Source: Cyanophora paradoxa CCMP329
Taxonomy: Eukaryota > Plantae > Glaucophyta
Direction: 5' to 3'
DNA length: 64,000 nucleotides
Assembly (NCBI GenBank): GCA_004431415.1
Contig: QPMI01000092.1
Coordinates: 77,656-141,655 of the forward strand
Below the pieces are notes generated by a model. The model worked only from the letters and a program-made list of their open reading frames with translations, did not search any database and was not told where the DNA came from. Shown piece after piece: positions 19,651 through 29,622 of this stretch (its first letter is position 1; each line of letters starts with the position of its first letter). The position numbers and the translations under genes are program-made.

Positions 19651-22600
19651 ATGAGCTCCCGAGCCGTAAGAAACAACCTTAGAACCGAAATCAATGAGCT
19701 TGCACAGAGGCTATATGAGCGAGGCTATATTAATGGCACGTACAGGAACTCGCTAGTGCGTCCTCTAACAAACACCAGGACCCACACTGACACACTCCGA
19801 TCCTCTCTAGCATCACTGCTCAGGCTGCAGGGACAGAAAGGCCTCAGCGTCCGCTGTACGGGCGAGACGTTGCCGCACATTTCGAGAGGGGGCAGGCTGC
19901 GCGAGCAGCAGCAACACAGGAGATTGATGACGTTGCGGAAGCTATATCAGGGCTATTCCGCGAGCAGGCGTCGGCCAACGTTAACGTAGTTCGCACCTAT
20001 ACTCACCACGAGTATCCAGGGCTGCTTTTCACAAAGGACGTGATAGAGATAGAGCCGACAGCTGATCCAGAGAGAGTGAAAGAATTGACGATAGCGTTTC
20101 TGAACGAGCTGCGAGTCCCAGAGAGGATTGGAGCTGCTGTTTTAATTCGCTTTCATTTTGAGAATTTCCACATGTACCGCACGCAGCTTGCGACCATAGA
20201 GGAGGGCACAATGCAGTCACTTCTAGCAAATCTCGCGGAGAAGATGGAGAGCTGGATGCTAGCGCAGCAGCCCTACGAGGACACTGATGTCTGGCCAGTC
20301 GTGCAGATCGAGGTGCTTATTGCAGAAAACGCAGCAGGGGCTCTGGGAAATGTACCTAAGCTGCCCTTTGGAGGGAAGGCCCTAACGATGAACAAGATCT
20401 ACTGTCCGATCTCTCCAGAGGACAACTGCGTGCTTGAATGCTTTGAGCATGAGAAGCTCAATCCCGGTCGTCTGAGCCTTGAGAGAGTATACAAGCAGCT
20501 TCAGCATGTTGATTACGGTTCGATTCGCACTCAGCTGGGGCTTCCCCGGGGACTAATTGCAGTCGATGAACCTACCATACGCAAGCTGAGCCAGCACTAT
20601 AGAATCGATGCAAGCATTTTCGAGTGGATCTCGGACCGCAGCGCGTCGAAGTTCAAGCTCCTATTTTCAACTGAATTTGGCTTTGAACGCCGAGCCCACC
20701 TTTGCGTGGTCGATGCTCACTGCTTTCTAATTAAAGATAAGAGAACGTGCGAGATGCAGAAGTGCAGAGCCTGCGGAAAGATGCAGTATGATTTGGCGAC
20801 TCACAAGGAAACCTGCCGCTTCTGCTATACCTGCCGCTGCGCCTACAATCCGAAGGAGGACCATGCAAGCAAATGCGATGAAGCAGTGAGGAACAAGAGC
20901 GTTATTGAACGCAAAATCAAGCCATGCGAGCCCGAGGAAGAGTTTACAGCCCTAAACTCAGTCATAGCGGCAGACTTTGAAACGTTTGCACCCAACCGCA
21001 CGACCCACGTTCCGTACGCAGTCGATATGGACATAATTAGCAAAGGAGAGATCACGGAAACGAAATCGTTCTGCGGCCCCGAAACTCTGGAACAGTTTAT
21101 GCTCTGGCTTGACGACTGGAAAGAAAAGTCGACTCTAGTATTCTTCAATGGCAGCGGCTTCGACTTGATATTTATCTATAAGTGGCTTGTCCAGAACCGC
21201 CCAGACTGCCAGGTCAAGGTGATGCGCTCATCCGGAAAGATCAAGAGCATGGAGTGGAAGACGCTGGCCGGGGGAGAGTTTAAAAGCTTCGATCCCTGCT
21301 TGCACATACAGGGCTCACTGCGGCAGGCTGGGAAGGACTACGGGTGCACCACCTTGAAAGGGGATTTTGACCACCGAAAGATAAGAGCTTGGGATGACGT
21401 TGAGATTCACAAGGAAGCCTGGAGCGAATATTTGAGAGCTGACGTTCGGTCAATGACTGAGCTGTATATTAAGTACGCTCGGACATGTTTTGATCTATTT
21501 GGGATAAATGTGAATTCGAAGCGCACCTTGACAGCATCGGCGATGGCTTTTCAGATCCACAGGCAGCTAATGAAAACGGAAGTGCTGCTACCGAAATACA
21601 AGGAGGACCAGATTTTTCGCAAAGCGATTTACGGAGGGCGATGCCTACCATTCAAGCGGAAGTTTGTCTCGAAGGTCCAGATGATTACTTGGTAGATCTG
21701 GATGTGGTCTCTCTCTATCCGACGGCTATGTACTTTAATTACTTTCCCACTGGTAAATTTAAATGCATCACCGATCAAGCGGAGCTAGAGCGATTCCGCA
21801 AGTTTATGCTGAGCAGGAAAATGGAACAGCTGTTTGTTGCAAAGATTAGCGCTAAAATTCCTCAGGATCTTGTGCTCTCTCCCCTTCCCGCCACGAAGCC
21901 AATCTGGGATGGTCTAACTTGAAGCCTATTGAGAAAGAAATGTACACCTCAGTCGATATCTACCGGGCGATAGCACTGGGAGTTGAGATCACAGAGCTGC
22001 ACGAGGTGTACTTGTTTGAGGGCAAGGAACGAATGTTCAAAGATTACATTGAGAAGCTGTACTGCATGAAAGCACGCTCACGAAAGGAACCGCCCAGTAT
22101 GCTACGGCGAAGATCCTCTTGAATGGGCTCTATGGAAAATTTGCTCAGCGTCCAGTAATTGAGACAACCGAGCTGGTCTCAAACTACAGACGATTCAAGG
22201 AGATACAGCGATCATCGACGATTACGGACATTGACATAGAGAATGATACGAGAATGTACGTCACATTTGAGATCCCTGAGTATAGGCGGGATGCCTGCGT
22301 TTCGAAGCCTTGCTTTGTTGGTGCATTTATCCTCTCCTACAGCCGCGAAATCATGGATCGATTTTTGGTGAGGATGAACTCATATAAGGACGTAGAGGCA
22401 ATGCCATACTACACAGATACAGATTCTATGATCGTGCACAGGAGGTTTGCTGAGCTTCTGAAGGACTGCATGAAGCAGCCATATTCAGTTGAGGGAATGT
22501 CAGAGGAGGAAGGGAATAGAATGATCTGCGAGAGCGAGCTGGGGAAACTAGATTATGACATCCAAGGGAGAATTACTGAGGCTTACTTCATTGGTCCAAA

Positions 22601-23021
22601 GGTTTATTGCTGCTACTTTGTGAGGTCGAATGGGGAACCAGATCTGCATGTGCGGGCAAAGGGAATTCCGAAGAGCTGGATAGAGGAGAACTGGCTCCCG
22701 AGTGATCCAGTGGCAAAGAAGGAATCCCTTGATAACCGAATTGCTTTGGAGGCCTTCACAAGGATGCTAGAGGAACGTTATCAGCCGCAGTGCACACTAG
22801 ATTCTAAACTAGCGCGTGTTTTCAAGCCCAATGGAAAGCAACGCGAGGCTGGGATCGACTTCAGCTCTATAATTCAGATTCCATTCAGCCGAATACTCAA
22901 CAAAACGGAGTATACGAAACGAAAGATTATTCCTGACGAATATTACAGCACGGTTCCCCATGAATACGTTCGAGCAACAGGCGGCAGCCAAGAAGGCAAC
23001 CTTGACTTTGTCGATCTCTGA
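19651..23021 (+). CDS. polB: Protein-primed family B DNA polymerase, consensus 1124 aa (four 1-bp deletions in this copy)
   Basis: All Exo and Pol motifs present. Taking the longer homopolymer at each A/B discrepancy gives 3375 nt in both copies. N-terminal EDNC...HC region and Cys/His cluster. Confidence 0.93.
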
Positions 23022-24177
23022 TGCTTACTATGATCCTGAGACAGGGCTCCAGTCAGCTGCACGGATAGCTAAGAAGCTGAAGATGCCGCTGGCAAGGGTG
23101 CAGGCAGTGCTCGCGAAGCTGTCCACAGCTCAGCGCTTTGCAAAACCGGTGAAAGAGAAGCCGTACACCAGTATCACGTATAATCACCCAGAGAAGTATT
23201 ATGAAGTGGATTTGATCGATGTCAGTCCCTATGCTAGAAGCAACCGCGGAGTGCACTTCATCATGAACGCTGTGGATGTTGTAACCCGGAAAGCGTACAG
23301 CATTCCAATGAAAAATAAAAGCGAGGGGACCCTGCTTTCGACACTGCGGCAGCTCATAGCAAGCTTTCCGGTGAAGCCCGATATCATTCAGACGGATCAG
23401 GAATTCAAGGCTACAGCTGCAACTATGCTAGCAGCCGAGGGGATAAAGCACAATGCTGTCGAGGCGCATCGTCCGCAGGCAAATGGAAAGGTAGAGCGCT
23501 TTAATGGTACTCTGAAGCGGATCATTGCAAGATACATGGAGGCGTACGACACCGACCGATATATCGATAAGCTGCCATCCTTTCTGCGCAACTATAACAG
23601 CTCCGAGCATAGAGCTATTAAAACTACGCCTGATGAGGCAGCAAAGAACCCAGCACCTGTTATTGCAAGAAACGATTATCAGAGAGAGGCGTACGAGCAG
23701 CAGCACTATCTGAAAGAGGCCGAGTTCAAGGTAGGAGACTCTGTGCGCGTAAAGCTGGCGAGGAACACGTTTGATAAATCAACGAAGCCGACGTACTCAA
23801 AAGAAGTCTATCAGATTGAAGCTATAGGAGGATTTGGCCCTCTGCTCAAGTTCAAGCTTGCTGGATACGACAAGGAGGTGAGCTACCAGCAGCTGCTGAA
23901 AGTGCCAGCAGAGACAGAGCAGCGGCGGGCTGGAAGTGCTGCACAGAATGCCCTTCGCCGTCGAAAGCAGGAGCTGAATTTGATGCAAGAGAATCTGGAC
24001 AAGTCAGACATCGAAAAAAATAAGAGACTTCTCCGGGTTCAAAAGCAGCTGCTTACTGCTGGAACCAAGGCGTTAAATCCAGGAGGTTCGACAGCTCGGT
24101 GGTACACGTCTTTTGAAAATGCGAAGGCCTCTTATTCTGCGCCCAGCAACACGAGGACACTTAGACCGAGACGCTGA
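22960..24177 (+). CDS. Retroviral-like (rve/DDE) integrase, 405 aa
   Basis: DDE triad in EVDLID / QTDQEF / KVERFN; YNSSEHRAIKTTP and FKVGDSVRV typical of Polinton integrases; consistent with the 6-bp TSD. Confidence 0.93.
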   Translation: MNTFEQQAAAKKATLTLSISDAYYDPETGLQSAARIAKKLKMPLARVQAVLAKLSTAQRFAKPVKEKPYTSITYNHPEKYYEVDLIDVSPYARSNRGVHFIMNAVDVVTRKAYSIPMKNKSEGTLLSTLRQLIASFPVKPDIIQTDQEFKATAATMLAAEGIKHNAVEAHRPQANGKVERFNGTLKRIIARYMEAYDTDRYIDKLPSFLRNYNSSEHRAIKTTPDEAAKNPAPVIARNDYQREAYEQQHYLKEAEFKVGDSVRVKLARNTFDKSTKPTYSKEVYQIEAIGGFGPLLKFKLAGYDKEVSYQQLLKVPAETEQRRAGSAAQNALRRRKQELNLMQENLDKSDIEKNKRLLRVQKQLLTAGTKALNPGGSTARWYTSFENAKASYSAPSNTRTLRPRR

Positions 24178-24451
24178 TTCCAGCGGAAGCTAGGGCACTC
24201 TCAAGTACAGAGATTCGATTTATCAACCGAGTGCGATAGCGCTTGTTTGCCTCGTTGTGAGCATCTTTGTGCGAAGCCTGATATCTGCTGCTCTGCTCAA
24301 TGTGTCTCTGGCGATATGCAGGGTCCTCGCTGTATTTTCTGCGGTGGTACTCTGCTTTCTTCTCCCTTCTTGCTTGAATAATCTCTGGCGTAAGAGCAAT
24401 CGGTTTGCGCCCTGGTTTGCGACGCTGCGCTGACTCCATTCCCTCGTTCAT
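24161..24451 (-). CDS. Small basic helical protein, possible DNA-binding regulator (96 aa)
   Basis: RRKPGRKP and a bZIP-like basic stretch HNEANKRYRTRLINRISVLESAL; AT-rich upstream region. Confidence 0.65.
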   Translation of the reverse strand: MNEGMESAQRRKPGRKPIALTPEIIQARREKKAEYHRRKYSEDPAYRQRHIEQSSRYQASHKDAHNEANKRYRTRLINRISVLESALASAGISVSV

Positions 24452-24525
24452 ATAAGGATCTAAATTATTTAAGCGGTATAAATCGCGCTAGAATCACGAG
24501 ATTTATTTCTATCTTTTAAAGCATC

Positions 24526-24861
24526 ATGGAATCGCCGCTGCGCCTGACAATACTGAGAATTGGGAAATACAAAGGGCATACACACCTTGAAGTTGCTTTC
24601 AGAGATCCATCATATGCTCACTGGTTGTGTCGATGGGCCAGGCTAAGTGATTATGATCGCGCTCAGTTTGTCAAGGCATCCAAGCTAATCCGAGAGACAA
24701 AACCAGACATTATGTGGGGATTGTACAAAAAAGAAAGAGCTGCTAGGATTGCTCAGGCTGCAGCCCAAAATTCTACGCAGCCACAAAATGTGGAGTTATC
24801 ACCAGCAGATGACCTAGACATTGACTTATCAGAGGCGGATGCGCCGCCCACCCAGGGCTGA
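24526..24861 (+). CDS. Small protein with GKYKG...DPSY..W motif (DUF3820/ExoX C-terminal-like)
   Basis: LRIGKYKGHTHLEVAFRDPSYAHWL. Confidence 0.65.
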   Translation: MESPLRLTILRIGKYKGHTHLEVAFRDPSYAHWLCRWARLSDYDRAQFVKASKLIRETKPDIMWGLYKKERAARIAQAAAQNSTQPQNVELSPADDLDIDLSEADAPPTQG

Positions 24862-25488
24862 CTTCACTTGTGCACTCGCCGAATTGGGCTCGCTCTGATA
24901 AGGTGTAGCAGGTTTCACATCGGCAGAGTCTGGTGATTGCTCTGCCTTTACTTTTTCGTTTTTCAAATAGCGCAGATCAGGGACATCGAGTGGCCGGTGC
25001 TTGAACATTTCGCTGCGAAGCATATCACGAATTTTCGCACGTTCTTGCTTTTCTTTTACATACGATTCGATATTAGCTGATCGAGCCTCCAGGTCGCGGA
25101 ATTTAATAAGTAAATCATCGAATTGACTCTTCGAAACCGTGGGCCCCTTCAGTTTCGGGCCAGAATATTTAGGCTCGCTGGCCATAGCCTTCAGCACGCG
25201 CGCAGCATCCGCATCAATATCAGACTGGAATTCTTCAACAGTTTCCATCTGGTCCTGTCGGTCATCGCTTGCAGATGCGTTTGCAGTGGCAGAGGCAATC
25301 GTTTTTGCAACCGAAGTGTTTAATTTGGGGTTGCTCGCCAGTTCACCACTTGGATTCGCAACTGCAGCACCCTCAGTGGCACCGCTCTCAATCAGTGGCG
25401 ACGCAGGCGAGCCAGCTTGTCTGGCGACGTTCGGCTCTGAAATAGTGCGACGTTCACGAAAACCCTTTCTTGGGATCCCACGGGGCAT
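24829..25488 (-). CDS. Hypothetical coiled-coil protein (219 aa)
   Basis: ATG start just downstream of the ATPase stop; basic N-terminus and charged helical segment. Confidence 0.7.
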   Translation of the reverse strand: MPRGIPRKGFRERRTISEPNVARQAGSPASPLIESGATEGAAVANPSGELASNPKLNTSVAKTIASATANASASDDRQDQMETVEEFQSDIDADAARVLKAMASEPKYSGPKLKGPTVSKSQFDDLLIKFRDLEARSANIESYVKEKQERAKIRDMLRSEMFKHRPLDVPDLRYLKNEKVKAEQSPDSADVKPATPYQSEPNSASAQVKSALGGRRIRL

Positions 25489-25497
25489 CTTATTTTA

Positions 25498-26319
25498 TTA
25501 AGATAAGAATTTAATACGTTTCTTTTTAGGGATAATAGGGGATTGCTCTTGTTTCGATTCTTCTTCTTTTTGTCTTAGCCCGAAGGGCAAGGAGCCCTCC
25601 TTGGGCGACGCCCATTTCGTAAAACGAAAACTCTTATCTTCAACAGCCTTATCAACATACCATGCAGTATCATACTTGGTTCCATCCAGCACAATGCACT
25701 GATAATTATGCGCCCACTTTTCAAACATGTCTATAAACTCATCCTTTGGTAGGTGGCTAAACTCTCGATAGATAGCCTCAAGCTCTGTGTGATTAGAATA
25801 GCTAAAGAAAAAACAGTAATCAGCATTAGAACGAATCGATTGACTAAGAGCTGTTAACTTTTGGGTCATTAGAATAGTTGAAATGTTAAAATGCCGCCCC
25901 TGAGTGAAAAGACGATTAACAACCTTGCTATTTCGAAGATCAACTGTTTCGGAGGCGGCAACAAGATCATCAAGCACAAGCAATATCTGCGGTGATCTCT
26001 TTTTATTTTCAATCAGACTGCGCTGAGAATCTATAATTTCTGCAACGATTGCTGGGATAAAGTCATCATAGATCTCCTTAGTTATTGCAGCATATTCACC
26101 ATTAAATTTGGTGGCTGTGAAAACAACAACCCTATCAATTTTTGGATACAGTGATCTCAAAAGATGTTTGGTGCAGTAGTACGATTTGCCGCTATTACTT
26201 TTGGAAATAAACAGCCCTTTGAAGGGAACTTTGATATCGCCTGGTTGAAACTGAGATAAGTCATCAGTGTTTTCGCTATCCATCAAAAATAAAGTCGCAG
26301 AATTGAGAGCTGATGCCAT
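25498..26319 (-). CDS. Genome-packaging ATPase (A32/FtsK-HerA family)
   Basis: Walker A variant SKSNSGKS, Walker B LLVLDD, FTQGRHFNISTILMTQ. Confidence 0.92.
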   Translation of the reverse strand: MASALNSATLFLMDSENTDDLSQFQPGDIKVPFKGLFISKSNSGKSYYCTKHLLRSLYPKIDRVVVFTATKFNGEYAAITKEIYDDFIPAIVAEIIDSQRSLIENKKRSPQILLVLDDLVAASETVDLRNSKVVNRLFTQGRHFNISTILMTQKLTALSQSIRSNADYCFFFSYSNHTELEAIYREFSHLPKDEFIDMFEKWAHNYQCIVLDGTKYDTAWYVDKAVEDKSFRFTKWASPKEGSLPFGLRQKEEESKQEQSPIIPKKKRIKFLS

Positions 26320-27708
26320 TTAAAGGTTGACCTTGCGAAGGCCCGCAGCATCAACAATTAGGACAGTGTGCAGAAGAGCTCGGACCTGAACGTAGATCTT
26401 GTTGGCTGCATCATAAGCGGCAGGGTTCATGATATTAAGGAAGCAGCTGCTGCTGTTGGTGAGATCCACGAAACCTGTTTGAGCTGCATTGCGGATAGCC
26501 TTCTGGCCGTCTACACAGAATGGCAGGCCAGTCAAGACATACCGATTGAGAGGAGCATCCAGATTAGAGCATTTGAAGACATCAGCGAGAAGCTCAGCAC
26601 CTTGCAGCAGGGGCACAGGCTCGTTAGAATAAAGTCGCTGGCCATTCAATTCGCAGGAAATAGTTATGTCACGAGCATTGGCCTCGGTTTTGAGGACACT
26701 GTGTTTTCCATCAGTTTGGTTCACATTTGTTTGCTTGCGAATGCTAACGAAAAGGCCATAGCAGAGTCCACTGATTTGAGACAGATTAATCCGGGTGGGC
26801 GCACCAGCACCTGCATAGGTAATTGAGTCAGCATCAACCCAACCAACTTCAGTTGCAGGAATGGCAATCCCCGAAGATTTGACTTTCTCAATCACCTGGG
26901 CAAAAGTGGCCTCATCAACGTTGATGCAGTGAGCTATAATCTTCGGATTCGAAAGCTCGGGTTTTTCAGGAGTGACAGTGAGGACATTGGGAGTTATATT
27001 CTGGCCAATGTTTGCAGGGGATGCAGCAGCAGCTCCTACGCTCCCAAGGCCATCGTCTTTAGAGGCATCACCGTTTGCGGCATATTCTGCTACAAACCTT
27101 CCACCATAGCTGGTTTCAACGAAGCCCTGGGCGCGGTCACGGAACCAAACCTCCACAGACACCTCGCCGGAGAGCGCACCAATTGGAAGCACTGAGCCCT
27201 CCCAGGGGCAGGGGATCTTTACACTGAAAATACCTCCAGCGCGATTGCTCCCCTGAGGTGGGGTTCCATGGAGCCAGCCACCAGACCGGTATTTCTTTTT
27301 AAGCTGAGCATCGTCATTGAAAATCAGAGCGCTGTGAACAAGCCAGTCCTCAGGGACGATGTAGCTGTAGGAAGCATATTTGATTTCAATTCGCTTTACA
27401 AGAGCACCAACAGACCGCAGATAACCAGTGCGAACCAGGTCAGTGTCACCAGTAAAAGCGGTCAGCTCGGGCAGGGTAAACTGGAGTTCAAGCCCCTGAA
27501 GGAAATTGTAACGGGGTAGGAAATAAGTAACCCTCTTTCCGAAGCAGTCTCCATAGTCATTGCTAGGGTTGACAACGACACGCACAGGCTTTGTTTGGCT
27601 GGTTAGACCTAACATAAGCTCGTTATTCATAAAGAAATCCTTAGCTTCCTGCGGAGTTGTGAGCAGCTCCTTTAGACCAAGACGTTGCAAGTTCTGGGTA
27701 ACATCCAT
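26320..27708 (-). CDS. Major capsid protein (double jelly-roll), 462 aa
   Basis: FGKRVTYFLPR..LQGLELQFTLPEL, LVKRIEI, LPIGALSGEVSVEVWF resemble DJR MCP N-terminal strands; size and position between ATPase and penton. Confidence 0.82.
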   Translation of the reverse strand: MDVTQNLQRLGLKELLTTPQEAKDFFMNNELMLGLTSQTKPVRVVVNPSNDYGDCFGKRVTYFLPRYNFLQGLELQFTLPELTAFTGDTDLVRTGYLRSVGALVKRIEIKYASYSYIVPEDWLVHSALIFNDDAQLKKKYRSGGWLHGTPPQGSNRAGGIFSVKIPCPWEGSVLPIGALSGEVSVEVWFRDRAQGFVETSYGGRFVAEYAANGDASKDDGLGSVGAAAASPANIGQNITPNVLTVTPEKPELSNPKIIAHCINVDEATFAQVIEKVKSSGIAIPATEVGWVDADSITYAGAGAPTRINLSQISGLCYGLFVSIRKQTNVNQTDGKHSVLKTEANARDITISCELNGQRLYSNEPVPLLQGAELLADVFKCSNLDAPLNRYVLTGLPFCVDGQKAIRNAAQTGFVDLTNSSSCFLNIMNPAAYDAANKIYVQVRALLHTVLIVDAAGLRKVNL

Positions 27709-27750
27709 TGAAGTGTTTATAATTCAAACGGAAGAAAATAATTCGGGGAC

Positions 27751-28707
27751 TCAGTTTGACGAATTGATCCAAGGATATGTCTTTGACCTTTTCTGGAGCT
27801 GAAGCTTGGCGAGCTCGTAGACAACATCACCATTTGGTTCATCTGGGCCATAACGAATTTCGAGTATAAATGAGACAGGACCTCCATTTAAATCAGCAAT
27901 TCGCTGCATAAAATCGTAAATCTCAATAGTCACAGAGTAGAGGTCCAGCTTTGAATAAATATACTTGTACAAAGGATGTGCTTCAGTTGAATCATAGTAT
28001 GCTATCTCGCCTGGACGAAGGACACTTGGAATGCTCAGCTTCGAGAAGAAGCCAGGTATTGACGTGTTCGGCATACTGACAAGGTCACCAATTTCAGGAA
28101 TTCGTAGGAGCACATGATCATCAGGAGTGACATCAGGCTCATAAGCGCCTGCTATATATTCAGTATTTATAGATAATGTCTTTGACCGAATTGGTAGAAT
28201 TGATCTCAGCCCTAGAAGCTTTGCAGTTCGCTGAGCCCTTGCAACGGCCTGGTAGTTTCTGACTTCCCGCCCACCCTGGTTCGTTGGCAACATCAGAGCA
28301 ATAAAGAACTCGAAGTTAGCTGTGAACCCTATTAATTTGATCGCTGAATTATACGTGCACGTGATACCTGTTCCCGTCAACCTTTCGTTTATCTCTGTCA
28401 CAAGCGAGGTGACGTCGTAATTTCCAGGTGGAATTGCAATGTTATTCCACGCTCCAAATCCGGCCTGAGGTGGGTCGGGTCCTTCATTAGTGGGATCATA
28501 TTTGCACCAATATATATAGGTGTTAAAGACTAAATCCTCTGCCGGATCGAGTACATCAATTGTGCTCATAGTGTTGGGGATCTCAGCTGATACCAAGCGC
28601 ACGGCTTTCACATCCTGATAAACTTTAGGCAGTCTTACTTTAAATTTCGAGGTGGATGTCAGCTCCTCCGCTTGGTGACTTGCAATGCAGACGTAGTCCG
28701 TAGGCAT
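27751..28707 (-). CDS. Minor capsid (penton-like) protein 1
   Basis: FKVRLP..YQDVKAVRLVSAEIPN, IPPGNY, VTIEIYD..RIADLNG..VSFILEI single-jelly-roll pattern. Confidence 0.78.
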   Translation of the reverse strand: MPTDYVCIASHQAEELTSTSKFKVRLPKVYQDVKAVRLVSAEIPNTMSTIDVLDPAEDLVFNTYIYWCKYDPTNEGPDPPQAGFGAWNNIAIPPGNYDVTSLVTEINERLTGTGITCTYNSAIKLIGFTANFEFFIALMLPTNQGGREVRNYQAVARAQRTAKLLGLRSILPIRSKTLSINTEYIAGAYEPDVTPDDHVLLRIPEIGDLVSMPNTSIPGFFSKLSIPSVLRPGEIAYYDSTEAHPLYKYIYSKLDLYSVTIEIYDFMQRIADLNGGPVSFILEIRYGPDEPNGDVVYELAKLQLQKRSKTYPWINSSN

Positions 28708-28734
28708 CTTTTTTATATCAGTTAGAGAATAAAA

Positions 28735-29622
28735 ATGCGGCTTACCTTTGACAGCAGAGACAGAAGGCCAATCGATTCAGAGGCAAACTTTGTGCTCGAA
28801 ATCAATGAACCGATAATCAATCCAGTTGCTGTTCGACTAACCCAGTGTGAGTTCGCAAACAGCCTTTACACCAGCATTAAAGCTGAGTATCTTTCCATCA
28901 CCTTTCCCTACCTTGGAACGCAAAACGTGGAGGTGTTTGAGCCTGGCATAATTACGACTGCAAATCTGGGCGAAACAGATATTTACAACTTTGGCCTATC
29001 ATTTAATATTGAGCTAGAAGGGATTTCAATTGCGTATTTTAAACTATTTCGAGACCCAGAGACGCTGAAAATGTCTGCGTATTGCAACCGTTCCTGCACA
29101 CTGACCTGCCAGTTCAAAGCTTTATCGAATCTGCTCGGGCTGAACCGAAATGAGCCCCTCCAGCTGTCTCCTATTGTACTTGAAGGGCCGCAAAGACCAG
29201 CAACTGCAGCTGAGCGGTATCTAGAGGTTGCTGGCATTCCAGTGACACCTGCTCACCCTGAGTACGGCGTGGATTTCACCGGAAGAATGCAGAGTATAGC
29301 ACTTGGTTACGCCGTCGAATTTCCAAAGATAATCGACATGAACAGCGACCAGTACCTCTTCCTTGTCTGCGAAGAGCTACGGCCGTTTGCTTCGAAGCTT
29401 CGCCGTGGGGCTAAATCAATGTGTAATTACGGGCTCGCTCGAATCCAGATGAGCCAGGATGTTGGCAAGTTCGTTTATATAAATCAGGAAAATGACGAGT
29501 GGATCCCCATCGAAGAGCGCCTGGTGCTGACCTCTCTGCGACTGCGCATTGTCGACAGAGATGGTGATGACGTCTCTCTGAATGGCCTGCCTTGGTCTGG
29601 TGAACTGCAATTTTTAGTTTAG
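28735..29622 (+). CDS. Minor capsid (penton-like) protein 2
   Basis: FDSRDR..NFVLEI..PVAVRL and LTSLRLRIVDRDGDDVSLNG..WSGELQF. Confidence 0.75.
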   Translation: MRLTFDSRDRRPIDSEANFVLEINEPIINPVAVRLTQCEFANSLYTSIKAEYLSITFPYLGTQNVEVFEPGIITTANLGETDIYNFGLSFNIELEGISIAYFKLFRDPETLKMSAYCNRSCTLTCQFKALSNLLGLNRNEPLQLSPIVLEGPQRPATAAERYLEVAGIPVTPAHPEYGVDFTGRMQSIALGYAVEFPKIIDMNSDQYLFLVCEELRPFASKLRRGAKSMCNYGLARIQMSQDVGKFVYINQENDEWIPIEERLVLTSLRLRIVDRDGDDVSLNGLPWSGELQFLV

